In this document: in pieces, positions 11,063 to 21,401 of the stretch
How the letters are laid out: every line of letters starts with the position of its first letter
Numbering within the stretch: the stretch's first letter is position 1
Assembly: GCA_038117045.1 (NCBI GenBank)
Contig: JAYOFE010000015.1
Location: forward strand, 18,240 to 82,239
Reading direction: 5' to 3'
DNA from: Alphaproteobacteria bacterium
GTDB taxonomy: Bacteria > Pseudomonadota > Alphaproteobacteria > UBA6615
Length of the DNA stretch: 64,000 nt
The notes under the pieces: generated by a model
Databases searched by the model: none
What the model saw: the letters and a program-made list of their open reading frames with translations, nothing else
What the model was told of the DNA's origin: nothing
Program-made: the position numbers and the translations under genes

Positions 11063-12241
11063 TCAGGCCCCGGGCAGACGGATGATATAGGCCGGAACCG
11101 CGGGCGACAGGACGGCCGACGGCAGGGCCGGGTTGCGCGTGTCGGTCGGCAGGCCGGTGTCCTCGATGACGAAATCGAACCGGTCGAGCGCGCGCTCGAG
11201 TTGCGCAATCTCACCAAAGAAATCGAGCTCGATCTCCGCCGAGTCCGGGGTCAGCGCCAGAAGGCGAACGTGGGAGACCGCGGGGATACTGCCGAGGCGC
11301 CTGCGCACCTCGATCCAGTGGGCGAGGTCGCGAACCGGGACCGCTGCATGGATGCGGTTCGACTCCCCGAAGCGGACCGCGTTCAACTCTTTCCAGCCAT
11401 CCTCCAGCGCTGCGACAACGGTATCCGCGGCGCGTTTGAGGAAGTCGTCCGGCATCTCCTCCGGCAAAGGTGTCAGGGTGAAGACGACCGGCTGCTCGTC
11501 CAGCCGCCCGACCCGCGCCGCCGTGACGTCGACCTGTGTGGGGGTATCTGCAGTCCCGGTGATCGACGCAAGCGCGACCACGCTGGAACCCGCACCGTAG
11601 CGATCGGCCATGGCGCCCAGCGCGCCCGCATCGGCATCCATGGCCTGGTCGGCTGTCAGCATCGTGAAATCGGTGAGGTCTCCGATCGGGGCCAAGACCG
11701 GCAACAGCCCGGTTTCCACCGGGCGGTTCTGCCATGCGGCGCGCCACGGGTTCGGCTCCTCCCAGAGCACATACCCGCCTCCGGCCAGCAACACCGGCAC
11801 AATCAGCACCGGACGGCTGCGCACCTCGGCGAACGGGATGGCGGCATTGCGCAGGTAGTCGCGCACCGCCTCCGGCTTGAACCGCACGGTCAGGTTGGCA
11901 AGGTAACGCACGTTCGATGTGCGCTCATTGTCGATCTGGAGCGAGTCCACGAGGAAGCTGAGCGCATCTGCATCCACCTGTGAAAGCTGGGCGTGATAGG
12001 CCTCCCGGGTCAGGCGCATGAACAGGCGCCGCGCGGCCTCGACCTGGCCGTTTACCAGTGCCGCCGCACGCGCACCAGACGCGTTTTGCGCGGTCTCATC
12101 GACCGGCACATCGGAGACAACAAAGATGTCCGAAACCGCCGTGGTCTGCGCTTTCGCGTCTATCAGGGGCGAAAACAGCAGCGCAAAAACCGCGAACATG
12201 AATGCGGGAACGACTCCCTTGCGGAACGACTTACCATCCAT
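11063..12241 (-). CDS. DUF2066 family secreted protein. Start at MDGKSFRKG; ATG verified at 12239-12241.
   Basis: Signal-peptide-like FMFAVFALLFSPLIDAKAQ. Positioned between hda and purM, as for DUF2066 in other proteobacteria. The track ORF extends upstream to 12937 without a plausible start. Confidence 0.55.
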   Translation of the reverse strand: MDGKSFRKGVVPAFMFAVFALLFSPLIDAKAQTTAVSDIFVVSDVPVDETAQNASGARAAALVNGQVEAARRLFMRLTREAYHAQLSQVDADALSFLVDSLQIDNERTSNVRYLANLTVRFKPEAVRDYLRNAAIPFAEVRSRPVLIVPVLLAGGGYVLWEEPNPWRAAWQNRPVETGLLPVLAPIGDLTDFTMLTADQAMDADAGALGAMADRYGAGSSVVALASITGTADTPTQVDVTAARVGRLDEQPVVFTLTPLPEEMPDDFLKRAADTVVAALEDGWKELNAVRFGESNRIHAAVPVRDLAHWIEVRRRLGSIPAVSHVRLLALTPDSAEIELDFFGEIAQLERALDRFDFVIEDTGLPTDTRNPALPSAVLSPAVPAYIIRLPGA

Positions 12242-12340
12242 TGCAAATGACCTCGAAACACCTATTGTGACCCGCCTGAACAACGCGATTCGGCGCGTTT
12301 GGGTCCATCGATCTGACGTATGGTCCACAGATAGCACGAA

Positions 12341-13435
12341 TTGGACAAAAGTACGCACGGGAGACGGATTCTGGGCCTTTCGTACAAGGATGCCGGGGTC
12401 GATATCGAGGCGGGAAACCGGCTTGTCGATGCCATCAAGCCGCTGGCCGCGGCCACGCGGCGTGCCGGCAGCATGGATTCCCTCGGCGGGTTCGGCGGCC
12501 TGTTCGACCCCCGCGCCGCCGGCTTCAAGGACCCGGTCCTGGTTGCCGCCACCGACGGCGTCGGCACCAAGCTGAAACTCGCCTTCGACACGGAGCGCTA
12601 CGACACCATCGGCATCGACCTGGTGGCCATGTGCGTGAACGACCTGGTCGTGCAGGCCGCCGAGCCGTTGTTCTTCCTCGACTACTTTGCGACCGGCGGT
12701 CTCGAGACGGATGTGGCCGAGCAGGTCGTGGCAGGCGTCGCTCACGGCTGCTCGGAGGCCGGTTGTGCGCTGATCGGAGGTGAGACGGCAGAAATGCCGG
12801 GCCTCTACGCCGCCGGAGAGTTCGATCTCGCAGGCTTTGCGGTCGGCGCCATGGAGCGCGGCCACGGACTTCCGTCGGATGACATGCCCGTCGCGGAAGG
12901 CCAGGCAATCATTGGACTCGCTTCCAGCGGCGTGCACTCCAACGGTTATTCACTCGTCCGCAAGATCGTCGAGCGGTCGGGGATTGCGCTCGACGCCCCC
13001 TGCCCCTTCGAGGACGGCAAGTCGCTGGGCGAGGCCCTGCTGTCGCCGACGCGCATCTATGTGGCGTCGTGCCTCGCCGCCGCGCGGCACGGCGGAGTGA
13101 GCGCTTTTGCGCACATCACCGGCGGCGGTCTTCTCGAAAACATTCCCCGCGTCCTTCCCGAGGGTCTCGGCGTGCATCTGGATGGCTCGAACTGGCACGC
13201 GCCTGGCGTTTTTGCCTGGCTGCAGGCCCAGGGCGGTGTCAGCGAGGAAGAGATGGCGCGCACCTTTAACTGCGGGATCGGCATGGTGGCGATCATCGCG
13301 GATGCGCAGGCCGACGCGCTGCTCGATGTCTTCGCGCAGGCGGGCGAGTCCGCAGCGCGGATCGGCACGGTGATCGCCGACGCTGACGGCTCCGTCCATA
13401 TCGACAACCTCGCCGCCGCACTCGGGACGGCCTGA
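12341..13435 (+). CDS. purM: Phosphoribosylformylglycinamidine cyclo-ligase (AIR synthetase)
   Basis: [14 protein letters not shown]...[11 protein letters not shown] are canonical PurM motifs. The real start is probably a few codons into the listed ORF. Confidence 0.9.
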   Translation: MDKSTHGRRILGLSYKDAGVDIEAGNRLVDAIKPLAAATRRAGSMDSLGGFGGLFDPRAAGFKDPVLVAATDGVGTKLKLAFDTERYDTIGIDLVAMCVNDLVVQAAEPLFFLDYFATGGLETDVAEQVVAGVAHGCSEAGCALIGGETAEMPGLYAAGEFDLAGFAVGAMERGHGLPSDDMPVAEGQAIIGLASSGVHSNGYSLVRKIVERSGIALDAPCPFEDGKSLGEALLSPTRIYVASCLAAARHGGVSAFAHITGGGLLENIPRVLPEGLGVHLDGSNWHAPGVFAWLQAQGGVSEEEMARTFNCGIGMVAIIADAQADALLDVFAQAGESAARIGTVIADADGSVHIDNLAAALGTA

Positions 13436-14085
13436 TGGCCCGCCTGAAGCTCGGCGTTCTGATATCGGGGCGCGGTTCCAACCTGCAGGCGCTGATCGAG
13501 GCCTGCAAGGCCCCGGACTATCCGGCCGAGATCGTCCTCGTCGTCTCCAATAAGGCCGATGCGAAGGGGCTCGAACATGCCGACGCCGCCGGGATCGCGA
13601 CCACGGTCGTCGAGCACGGTGGCTACCCGGACCGGGAGACCTTCGACAAGGCCGTCCATGCCAAGCTCGCGGATGCCGGCGTGGAACTGGTGTGCCTGGC
13701 CGGCTTCATGCGCCTTCTCTCAAGCTGGTTTGTGGAGACCTGGCGCGACCGGGTGATGAACATTCACCCGTCACTCTTGCCCGCGTTCAAAGGCATAGAC
13801 GCGCACGCGCAGGCCATTGCCAGCGGCGTCAAGCTGAGCGGCTGCACGGTGCACATCGTGCGGCCGGAAATGGATGCGGGCCCGATCCTGGTGCAGGCCG
13901 CGGTTCCGGTCCTGCCCGGCGATGACGAGGACGCGCTTGCGGCGCGCATCCTCACAGTTGAGCACCGCTGCTATCCGCTGGCCGTCCGGCTGATCGCGGA
14001 AGGCCGGGTCACGATCGACGGGGAACGCACGGTCATCGACACAGCCGGCATGGCCGACAGCTCGCTGATCAATCCAGGCGGATGA
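13435..14085 (+). CDS. purN: Phosphoribosylglycinamide formyltransferase
   Basis: LKLGVLISGRGSNLQALIEA and the folate-binding motif NIHPSLLPAFKG. The start overlaps the purM stop (TGATG). Confidence 0.85.
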   Translation: MARLKLGVLISGRGSNLQALIEACKAPDYPAEIVLVVSNKADAKGLEHADAAGIATTVVEHGGYPDRETFDKAVHAKLADAGVELVCLAGFMRLLSSWFVETWRDRVMNIHPSLLPAFKGIDAHAQAIASGVKLSGCTVHIVRPEMDAGPILVQAAVPVLPGDDEDALAARILTVEHRCYPLAVRLIAEGRVTIDGERTVIDTAGMADSSLINPGG

Positions 14086-14165
14086 ATGCGACGCAGGGTT
14101 TGAATGCCCCCCGCGCTGGCGTATAAGTCGCTTCGAACACGCAACCAAAAAGGGCGCTAGGCAAG

Positions 14166-14291
14166 ATGTCCGAGCAACACATGGATCTCGATCGCCGCTG
14201 GAAAACCTGGGGCGGCTTTCTGAAGCTGATGAGCTATTCCGGCATCGCTGTTGCGATCGCTCTGCTCATCATGTGGTGGACGATCATCTGA
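14166..14291 (+). CDS. Small (41 aa) membrane protein resembling prokaryotic aa3-type cytochrome oxidase subunit IV (COX4_pro_2). Too short for the ORF track.
   Basis: My translation: MSEQHMDLDRRWKTWGGFLKLMSYSGIAVAIALLIMWWTII. The pattern HMD..R..TW.GF.K then a single TM helix resembles Paracoccus CtaH-type peptides. Family match is from memory. Confidence 0.4.
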   Translation: MSEQHMDLDRRWKTWGGFLKLMSYSGIAVAIALLIMWWTII

Positions 14292-14320
14292 TCGCCCACC
14301 ACTGACGGTCCGTCGGCTCG

Positions 14321-14743
14321 TTAGCCGACGATCTCGCTCTCATCGAAGAAGAACGCGATTTCCTGCGCGGCCGTCTCGGGCGCATCGGAACCGTGCACCG
14401 AGTTCGCCTCGATCGATTCCGCGAACTCCTTGCGGATCGTGCCTTCCGCAGCATCTGCCGGGTTGGTCGCACCCATCACTTCGCGGTTCTTCGCCACGGC
14501 GTTTTCGCCTTCCAGCACCTGCACCACAACCGGGCCGGAGGTCATGAAAGCCACCAGGTCGTTGAAGAACGGGCGCTCCTTGTGGACCGCATAGAAGCCC
14601 TCGGCCTGCTCCATGGTCATATGGATGCGCTTTTGCGCGATAATGCGCAGGCCCGCGCCTTCGAGCTTGGCAATGACCTGGCCGGTGATGTTGCGGCGGG
14701 TGGCATCGGGTTTGATGATCGAGAAAGTGCGCTCGGTCGCCAT
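14321..14743 (-). CDS. ndk: Nucleoside diphosphate kinase
   Basis: [11 protein letters not shown]...NSVHGSD. Active-site His is in the NSVHGSD motif. 140 aa. Confidence 0.9.
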   Translation of the reverse strand: MATERTFSIIKPDATRRNITGQVIAKLEGAGLRIIAQKRIHMTMEQAEGFYAVHKERPFFNDLVAFMTSGPVVVQVLEGENAVAKNREVMGATNPADAAEGTIRKEFAESIEANSVHGSDAPETAAQEIAFFFDESEIVG

Positions 14744-14851
14744 GGGATTTTCTCCAGTAACGGATGTGGGTGATTTTGTGCGCGCCTTATATCCACCGAG
14801 CCGCGCGTGGACAAGCGAGCAGCCTGCACAGTTGCCGTTGGGGCGGTGAAA

Positions 14852-15310
14852 TCAGCCCTGGGCCTTCTGTTCCCAGCCGCCGCGCTCGGTCTGCTGCCAG
14901 TAAGTGAGGTCGTGGCCGGCGGCCTTGTAATCGCGCCAGCGCGTCCGCGCCGCACCCACCGCCGCCTCGTCACGGCCGTCGAACAGTTCACACACCAGTT
15001 CGTAGTCCGGGATGGTCTCCGAAACGGCCCCGTCCGCAAGGAAGAGGACCTTCGCGCCGTTCGGGTTCTCGTCGGCGTCGGTCAGCCAGACCGGTTGGTG
15101 CGCCGCGTGCCCGTCAGCCTTGCTGCCGTGGGGCAGGAAGACACGATCGTTGTACGTCCACAGATGCGCATTGAGGTGCTCCACCCGCTCGGGTGAGCCC
15201 GCGACCACGACGGCACGGCGTCCGTCGCGCACGACCGTGCGTTCCAGCATCACCGGCAGCACTTCTTCGAGCGCCTTGAAGGTCAGGTGATAGAAGCGGA
15301 TCTCGGTCAC
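14852..15310 (-). CDS. holC: DNA polymerase III chi subunit
   Basis: ~150 aa, begins MTEIRFYHLT. Sits immediately downstream of pepA, the conserved pepA-holC linkage. Confidence 0.7.
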   Translation of the reverse strand: MTEIRFYHLTFKALEEVLPVMLERTVVRDGRRAVVVAGSPERVEHLNAHLWTYNDRVFLPHGSKADGHAAHQPVWLTDADENPNGAKVLFLADGAVSETIPDYELVCELFDGRDEAAVGAARTRWRDYKAAGHDLTYWQQTERGGWEQKAQG

Positions 15311-15324
15311 GGCAGCCGGGCAGG

Positions 15325-16809
15325 TCAGCCCTCGTAGTAGTCGCGCACGAACTGGTCCATCGTGCGCACCGCGAAGCCCGAGGCACCCTTCTCCATGAGC
15401 GGCAGTTCCTTGTCCGACCAGGCGACGCCCGCGATATCCAGGTGCGCCCAGGGCAGGTCATTGGTGAAACGCTTGAGGAACTGCGCAGCCGTGATGCTGC
15501 CGCCCCAGCGCGGGCCCACATTCTTCATGTCCGCACGCGGGGAGTTGATCTGCTTGTCGAAGGCCTCGTCCAGCGGCATGCGCCAGATCTTCTCGCCGAC
15601 GGCATTGCCCGCCGTGACGATCCGCTCGGCCAGTGAATCTTCCGACGCATAGAGCCCGGAATACTCACGGCCCAACGCCACCATGATAGCGCCCGTCAGG
15701 GTCGCGAAGTTGATCATCACATCGGGCTTGAAACGCTTCTGGGTGTACCAGAGCGCATCGGCCAGCACGAGGCGGCCTTCGGCATCGGTGTTGATCACCT
15801 CGATTGTCTGGCCTGACATCGACGTGACGATGTCGCCCGGCCGCTGGGCGTTGCCGTCGGGCATGTTCTCCACGAGACCGACCACGCCGATGACGTTCGC
15901 CTTGGCCTTGCGGGCCGCAATGGCGTGCATCGCACCGATCACGGTGCCGGCGCCGCCCATGTCCCAGATCATGTCTTCCATTCCGCCGGCCGGCTTGATG
16001 GAAATGCCGCCGGTGTCAAAGGTCACGCCCTTGCCCAGCAGCGAGACGGTCTTGGCGTCCTTGCCGCCGCCGTTCCACTGCATGATCACCATCTGGGATT
16101 CCTGGGCACTGCCCTGTCCCACCGCAAGCAGGGCATTCATGCCTAGCTTCTTCATCTGGGCCTCGCCCAGCACCTCGACCTTCACGCCCAGCTTGGTCAG
16201 CTTGCGGCACTGGGCCGCCATCCATTTTGGCGTCTTCACGTTGCTCGGCTCGGATACGAGGTCGCGGGCGAAGTCCACGCCGTCTGCCACGGGCTCGAAA
16301 TCGGCGTAGCCGCGCCTCGCGGCAGCCGCACCCTTGACCATGAACTGGATCCGGTCGGGTGCCGCCCCGTTCTTGGATCGCGTCAGGTACTTGTCATAGG
16401 TATAGGAACGCAGACGTGCGCCGCCGGCCATCGCGGCGGCCAATTCCCCGCCACGCACCTTCGCGCCCTTCGGGGCTTCGGCCATCACGCTGGCGGATTT
16501 CGCAGACAGGCCGCCGACAGCCTTGTAGATCGTCGCACCCAGTTCCTGCGCCTGCAGCGTATCCAGGTCGGCACCGGCACCGGCTCCGACCAGCAGGATG
16601 TTCAGCGTCTCGCGGCCGTGCGGCGCAAGGACGGCCACACTCTCGCCTTTCTTGCCGGTGAAGTTTCGCGCTTCAATGGCGCGTGCCAGCGCCCCGCCTG
16701 TGGCCTTGTCGATGCTCTTCGCCGAAGTTCCCAATGCACCATCGGACCCAACGAGCAGGACAACCATGCCGCGGGAAGGAACTTTCGGTTCGGCAAAACT
16801 GATTTTCAT
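15325..16809 (-). CDS. pepA: Leucyl aminopeptidase (M17). Start at MKISFAEPK; ATG verified at 16807-16809.
   Basis: NTDAEGRLVLADAL and VIGAMHAIAARKAKANVIGVVGLVENM are M17 catalytic-domain motifs. The track ORF over-extends to 16920. Confidence 0.9.
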   Translation of the reverse strand: MKISFAEPKVPSRGMVVLLVGSDGALGTSAKSIDKATGGALARAIEARNFTGKKGESVAVLAPHGRETLNILLVGAGAGADLDTLQAQELGATIYKAVGGLSAKSASVMAEAPKGAKVRGGELAAAMAGGARLRSYTYDKYLTRSKNGAAPDRIQFMVKGAAAARRGYADFEPVADGVDFARDLVSEPSNVKTPKWMAAQCRKLTKLGVKVEVLGEAQMKKLGMNALLAVGQGSAQESQMVIMQWNGGGKDAKTVSLLGKGVTFDTGGISIKPAGGMEDMIWDMGGAGTVIGAMHAIAARKAKANVIGVVGLVENMPDGNAQRPGDIVTSMSGQTIEVINTDAEGRLVLADALWYTQKRFKPDVMINFATLTGAIMVALGREYSGLYASEDSLAERIVTAGNAVGEKIWRMPLDEAFDKQINSPRADMKNVGPRWGGSITAAQFLKRFTNDLPWAHLDIAGVAWSDKELPLMEKGASGFAVRTMDQFVRDYYEG

Positions 16810-17036
16810 GACGCTCACTTCCATCAAAGACCGGTTTGCGGACAATCGGACCCAAGGTCGGCTTCTTCGAGGTTTAGAGCACCCGCCGGGCGCACGCAAC
16901 ATGGCCCGGCGGGCGCTCACAGGTATTTGTCGCCAGAATCCGATCTGCTACAAACCCCCGTGCCGGAATACATGTTTATTTTGCGAATCAGGGGCTTGAG
17001 GGACGATTCCTTCACTGTCTCGCGCCCGGAGCGGCC

Positions 17037-18158
17037 ATGAAGTCGATCGGCAAGTACATCTTCAGACAACTCGTGCTGGCGACGGTGTTCGTCACCGCGG
17101 TTCTGACCGTGCTTGTTTCCCTGTTCGGGTCGCTGCGCCTGATCGATTTTATAGTGAACCGTGGCCTGCCGATCTCGGTCCTGTTCGAAATGAGCGGCCT
17201 CAACCTGCCAAAGTTCATTGCCGTCCTTTTGCCGATCGCCGTCTTCGCCGCCGTGCTGGTCGTCTACAACAAGCTGCGCAACGATAGCGAACTGGTCGTG
17301 ATGCGCGCTGCGGGGATCAGCCCGCTGGCCATGGCGCGGCCCGGGCTCATGCTCGGCCTCGTCTGCGTGATTGTCGCCTATGCGATGCACCTGTACCTGG
17401 TTCCGGCCTCGATCCATGCCTTCAAGCAGAAGGAAACGAACTACAGGAATTCCTACGGCAGCGTCCTTCTGCAGGAACAGCGCTTCAACACGCCGATCGA
17501 CGGGCTGACGATCTATATCCGCGAACGGACCGGCGAAGGCGAGTTGCGCGGCATCTTCGCCCACGACTTCCGCGATCCCGAACGCCCGGTCACCTACACC
17601 GCCGAACGCGGCACAGCGGTCCAGTCCCCGGAAGGCACCCGGGTCGTGCTGTTCAACGGCAGCCAGCAGGACGTCGACCGGGCGTCAGGCCGGCTGACCC
17701 TTTTCAACTTTGACCAGTATTCACTGGACCTCAGCATCCTGAACGAGTCCGTCCAGCCGAGATGGCGCGAGCCCGAGGAGCGCTTCCTCGGCTCGCTCTT
17801 CCGCCCCGGCGACAGCGTCCATGACGCCTACTATGCAACGCACCTGATTGCGGAAGGCCACCGGCGGCTCACCACACCACTCTACATCCTCGTGTTTGCG
17901 ACCATCGCAATGGCGGCGATGCTGTCCGGAAACTTCAGTCGGCGCGGCAACACCACGCGCATCCTCGTGGCAATCGCGGCGATCTTCGCGATCCAGGTTG
18001 CCTCGCTCGGACTGTTCAACATCTCGAAACGGACTCTCGCCGTTATCCCGCTCGTCTACGCGTTTCCTGTGGCATGTTTCTTCGGGGGCCTGGTCATCAT
18101 CATGCGCGCGCGCCTGCGCCGGCCTGCGGGCATCATGCCCGAAGCGGCCAGGGCCTGA
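17037..18158 (+). CDS. lptF: LPS export ABC transporter permease LptF
   Basis: YIFRQL...six-TM YjgP/YjgQ-family permease, ~373 aa. Followed by lptG, lptD and surA. Confidence 0.8.
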   Translation: MKSIGKYIFRQLVLATVFVTAVLTVLVSLFGSLRLIDFIVNRGLPISVLFEMSGLNLPKFIAVLLPIAVFAAVLVVYNKLRNDSELVVMRAAGISPLAMARPGLMLGLVCVIVAYAMHLYLVPASIHAFKQKETNYRNSYGSVLLQEQRFNTPIDGLTIYIRERTGEGELRGIFAHDFRDPERPVTYTAERGTAVQSPEGTRVVLFNGSQQDVDRASGRLTLFNFDQYSLDLSILNESVQPRWREPEERFLGSLFRPGDSVHDAYYATHLIAEGHRRLTTPLYILVFATIAMAAMLSGNFSRRGNTTRILVAIAAIFAIQVASLGLFNISKRTLAVIPLVYAFPVACFFGGLVIIMRARLRRPAGIMPEAARA

Positions 18159-18167
18159 GCCGTCGCC

Positions 18168-19268
18168 ATGATGTCGTCACCCACCATATCGTCCTACATC
18201 CTGCGGCAGTTCCTTCTGTGGTTCGCGGTCATGTTCGCGACCATGCTGGCGGTGATCGCACTCATTGATGCCATCGAGCTGCTGCGCCGCGGCAGCAACC
18301 ACGCCGGTGCAACAGCTTCCATCATCACAAGCATGGCCCTGCTGCGCGCACCGTTCCTCGCCCAGGAAGCAGTCCCCTTTGCGGTGATGTTCGGGGCGAT
18401 TTTCACCTTCCTGAAGATGACGCGCAGCCACGAGCTGGTCGTAGTGCGCGCGGCGGGCGTTTCGGTCTGGCAGTTCCTGATGCCGGCCGTGGCCGCGGCC
18501 ATCCTGTTGGGCGTGTTCACCGTGACCGTGCTCAATCCGCTGTCGGCGATCATGCTGTCGCAGTTCGAGGAACTCGAGGGCCGTTACCTGACCGGACGTT
18601 CATCCCTGCTGGCGGTATCTTCGCAGGGCATCTGGCTGCGCCAGACAGGCATCGAAGGCGAAGGCCAGACGGTGATCCACGCCGAGCGTGTGCAGCCGGA
18701 CGACCTGTTGCTGGAAGATGTGATTGTCTTCGAGTTCGGGAACAACGACCGTTTCGTCGGCCGCATCGATGCCAAGCGGGCGCAGTTGCTTGACGGCCGA
18801 TGGGATATCTCCGATGCGTGGCTGACCCGCCCGGGACGCTCGGGCCAGTTCGTTGAACATCACGAACTGCCGACGGACCTGACGGCGGACAAGATCCAGG
18901 AAAGCTTTGCAAGCCCCGAGACCGTTGCGTTCTGGAACCTGCCGCGGTTCATCAAGGTCCTTGAGGACACTGGCTTTTCGCCGGTGGCACACCGGCTCCA
19001 GTTTCATGCGTTGCTCGCCGAACCGATGCTGCTGGCAGCGATGGTGCTGATCGCCGCCGTGTTCTCGCTGCGCCTCACGCGGCGCGGCGGGACTGTCCTG
19101 CTGATCGGCGCAGGGGTGCTTGCCAGTTTCCTACTGTTCCTGCTGACCAACGTGATCCAGGCGCTCGGCCTCGGCTCCAATGTTCCGGTCGTCCTCGCCG
19201 CATGGACCCCGGCCGGTGTCAGCCTTATGGCCGGGCTCGCAATGCTGCTGCACCTGGAAGACGGATGA
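18168..19268 (+). CDS. lptG: LPS export ABC transporter permease LptG
   Basis: Second YjgP/YjgQ permease (SYILRQF...). Its stop overlaps the lptD start (ATGA). Confidence 0.8.
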   Translation: MMSSPTISSYILRQFLLWFAVMFATMLAVIALIDAIELLRRGSNHAGATASIITSMALLRAPFLAQEAVPFAVMFGAIFTFLKMTRSHELVVVRAAGVSVWQFLMPAVAAAILLGVFTVTVLNPLSAIMLSQFEELEGRYLTGRSSLLAVSSQGIWLRQTGIEGEGQTVIHAERVQPDDLLLEDVIVFEFGNNDRFVGRIDAKRAQLLDGRWDISDAWLTRPGRSGQFVEHHELPTDLTADKIQESFASPETVAFWNLPRFIKVLEDTGFSPVAHRLQFHALLAEPMLLAAMVLIAAVFSLRLTRRGGTVLLIGAGVLASFLLFLLTNVIQALGLGSNVPVVLAAWTPAGVSLMAGLAMLLHLEDG

Positions 19269-21400
19269 TGCGCCGTTGGGGGGGATTCCTGGCGGTTCTG
19301 TCCGCCACCTGGATCGCGATGGTGGTGCCCGCGATGGCGCAGGGCGTGAGCGAAGACAAGCAGCCTGTCCTGATGGAAGCGGACGAGCTGAATTTCGACG
19401 AAGACCTCGGCACGGCGACAGCGCGGGGTAATGTCGAGATTGTCCAGGGCGAACGCGTCCTCAATGCCGATGCTGTGACCTATAACCAGCGCGATGACAT
19501 TGTGACAGCGTCGGGCAACGTGGTCCTGCTGGAGCCGACAGGCGAGGTCCTGTTTGCAGAGTTCGCGGAACTGACCGGCGACTTGCGCGAGGGCTTCCTG
19601 CGCGGCTTCAGGATGCTTCTGACAGACGACACCCGCCTCGCGGCGGTGAGTGCGCAACGTCGCGGCGGCGTCGAGACGGAGCTGACCCGTGCCGCCTATT
19701 CCCCGTGCGTGAACTGCACCGACGACGATGGGGAGCCGATCTGGCAGGTCAAGGCGCGCCGGGTGGTCCACAATGCGAATGACCAGGAGGTCGTCTACAG
19801 TGACGCGACGCTCGAGTTCCTGGGCTTCCCGGTCGCCTACACGCCCTATCTCAGCCACCCGGACCCCACGGTAGAGCGCAAGAGCGGCTTCCTGACCCCG
19901 ACCTTCGGCGTGTCGAGCCTGCTCGGCTCGTCAGTGCAGGTGCCGTATTTCTGGGCCATCAACCGCGAGAGCGACTTCACTTTCGACCCCATCTTCTCGT
20001 CCGACAACCTGCCCGTCGTCACCGGTAAATACAGGCAGCGGTTCGCGGATGGCGAACATTTCATCCGCCTTTCGGGGACACGTGACAGTGCTCAGGTCGG
20101 TAAGAACCGTCTGCGCGGACATATCGATTCAGAGACCCGGTTCTCGATCAACGAACTCTGGCGCTGGGGCCTCGACGTCAAGCTAGCCAGCGACGACACC
20201 TATCTGCAGCGCTACGGGTTCCTGAAGCAGGACACGCTACGCAACCACCTGTTTGCGGAAGGCTTCGGCGAGCGCAGCTATGCCGTTGCCGAAGGATACT
20301 ATTTCCAGGGCCTGCGACAGAACGACGAGCAAGCGGAAACGCCGCTCGTTGCCCCCAAGCTGAACTACAACTATGTCAGCGAGCCGAACAGCTTCGGCGG
20401 CATGACGACCCTCGACACCGAGGTTCGCTCCATGACCCGCGATGATGGTGCATCCAGCCAGAAGTTCAGCCTGATTCCCGGCTGGCAGATTTCCCACACG
20501 GACAGCCTCGGCACGATCACGAGCTTCCGCACATCCCTGCAGGGCGACGTCTACAACACCCAGGACGTGACGACGGCGCGCGGGCCGGACAGCGGCGTTT
20601 ACGGCCGGATATTCCCGCAGGCGATCGTGAGTTGGCGCTACCCGTGGGTCCGCCGGAGCGGGCGCACCAGCCAGATTATCGAGCCGCTCACGGCGCTGGT
20701 CCTGGCGCCGAACGGCGGCAACCCAGACGAGATTCCCAACGAGGACAGCCAGTCAGTCGAGTTCGACGAGACCAATCTGTTCCGGGCGAACCGGTTCTCA
20801 GGCACGGACCGCGTCGAAGGCGGCCAGCGCATCGTGTACGGGCTGCGCACAGGTTTCTTCGGCGCAGGCGGCGGCAGCACCACTCTGATTGTCGGCCAGT
20901 CATACCGGTTCCGCGACGACAGCCCGTTCAATACAGGCTCGGGCCTCGAGGACCAGCTCTCGGACATCGTCGCAAGCCTGCAGGTGTCGCCGAGCAACTA
21001 TTTCGACCTGCTCTACAAGACCCGTTTCGACAAGGACTCATTTCGCGCACGGCGGACGGAGATCATCGCATCGGCCGGCCCGAAGGCCCTCAGGCTCGAT
21101 CTGAACTATGTGTTCTTCGACAAGACCAACGAGTTCGCCGACCGTGAGGAGGCGACGGTTGCCCTGACATCCCAGCTGACCGAACGCTGGTCGGCCCAGG
21201 CTGACACGCGGCGCGACCTCACATCGGAAGGCGGTGCCCTGTCCTATGGCGCATCGTTGCGTTATGAATGCGACTGTATGGACTTCTCGCTGGATTACCG
21301 GCGTGACTTCACGCAGGACCGCGATGTGCCGCCAACAGAATCGCTGATTTTCAGGATCACGCTCAAGAGCCTCGGACAAGTGTCCTCTGCGGTGTTCTAG
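19265..21400 (+). CDS. lptD: LPS-assembly outer-membrane protein LptD. Start at MMRRWGG.
   Basis: Signal peptide (AVLSATWIAMVVPAMAQ). N-terminal LptA-like domain (DELNFDEDLGTATARGNVEI) and a large C-terminal beta-barrel. Upstream of surA. Confidence 0.8.
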   Translation: MMRRWGGFLAVLSATWIAMVVPAMAQGVSEDKQPVLMEADELNFDEDLGTATARGNVEIVQGERVLNADAVTYNQRDDIVTASGNVVLLEPTGEVLFAEFAELTGDLREGFLRGFRMLLTDDTRLAAVSAQRRGGVETELTRAAYSPCVNCTDDDGEPIWQVKARRVVHNANDQEVVYSDATLEFLGFPVAYTPYLSHPDPTVERKSGFLTPTFGVSSLLGSSVQVPYFWAINRESDFTFDPIFSSDNLPVVTGKYRQRFADGEHFIRLSGTRDSAQVGKNRLRGHIDSETRFSINELWRWGLDVKLASDDTYLQRYGFLKQDTLRNHLFAEGFGERSYAVAEGYYFQGLRQNDEQAETPLVAPKLNYNYVSEPNSFGGMTTLDTEVRSMTRDDGASSQKFSLIPGWQISHTDSLGTITSFRTSLQGDVYNTQDVTTARGPDSGVYGRIFPQAIVSWRYPWVRRSGRTSQIIEPLTALVLAPNGGNPDEIPNEDSQSVEFDETNLFRANRFSGTDRVEGGQRIVYGLRTGFFGAGGGSTTLIVGQSYRFRDDSPFNTGSGLEDQLSDIVASLQVSPSNYFDLLYKTRFDKDSFRARRTEIIASAGPKALRLDLNYVFFDKTNEFADREEATVALTSQLTERWSAQADTRRDLTSEGGALSYGASLRYECDCMDFSLDYRRDFTQDRDVPPTESLIFRITLKSLGQVSSAVF

Positions 21401-21401
21401 A

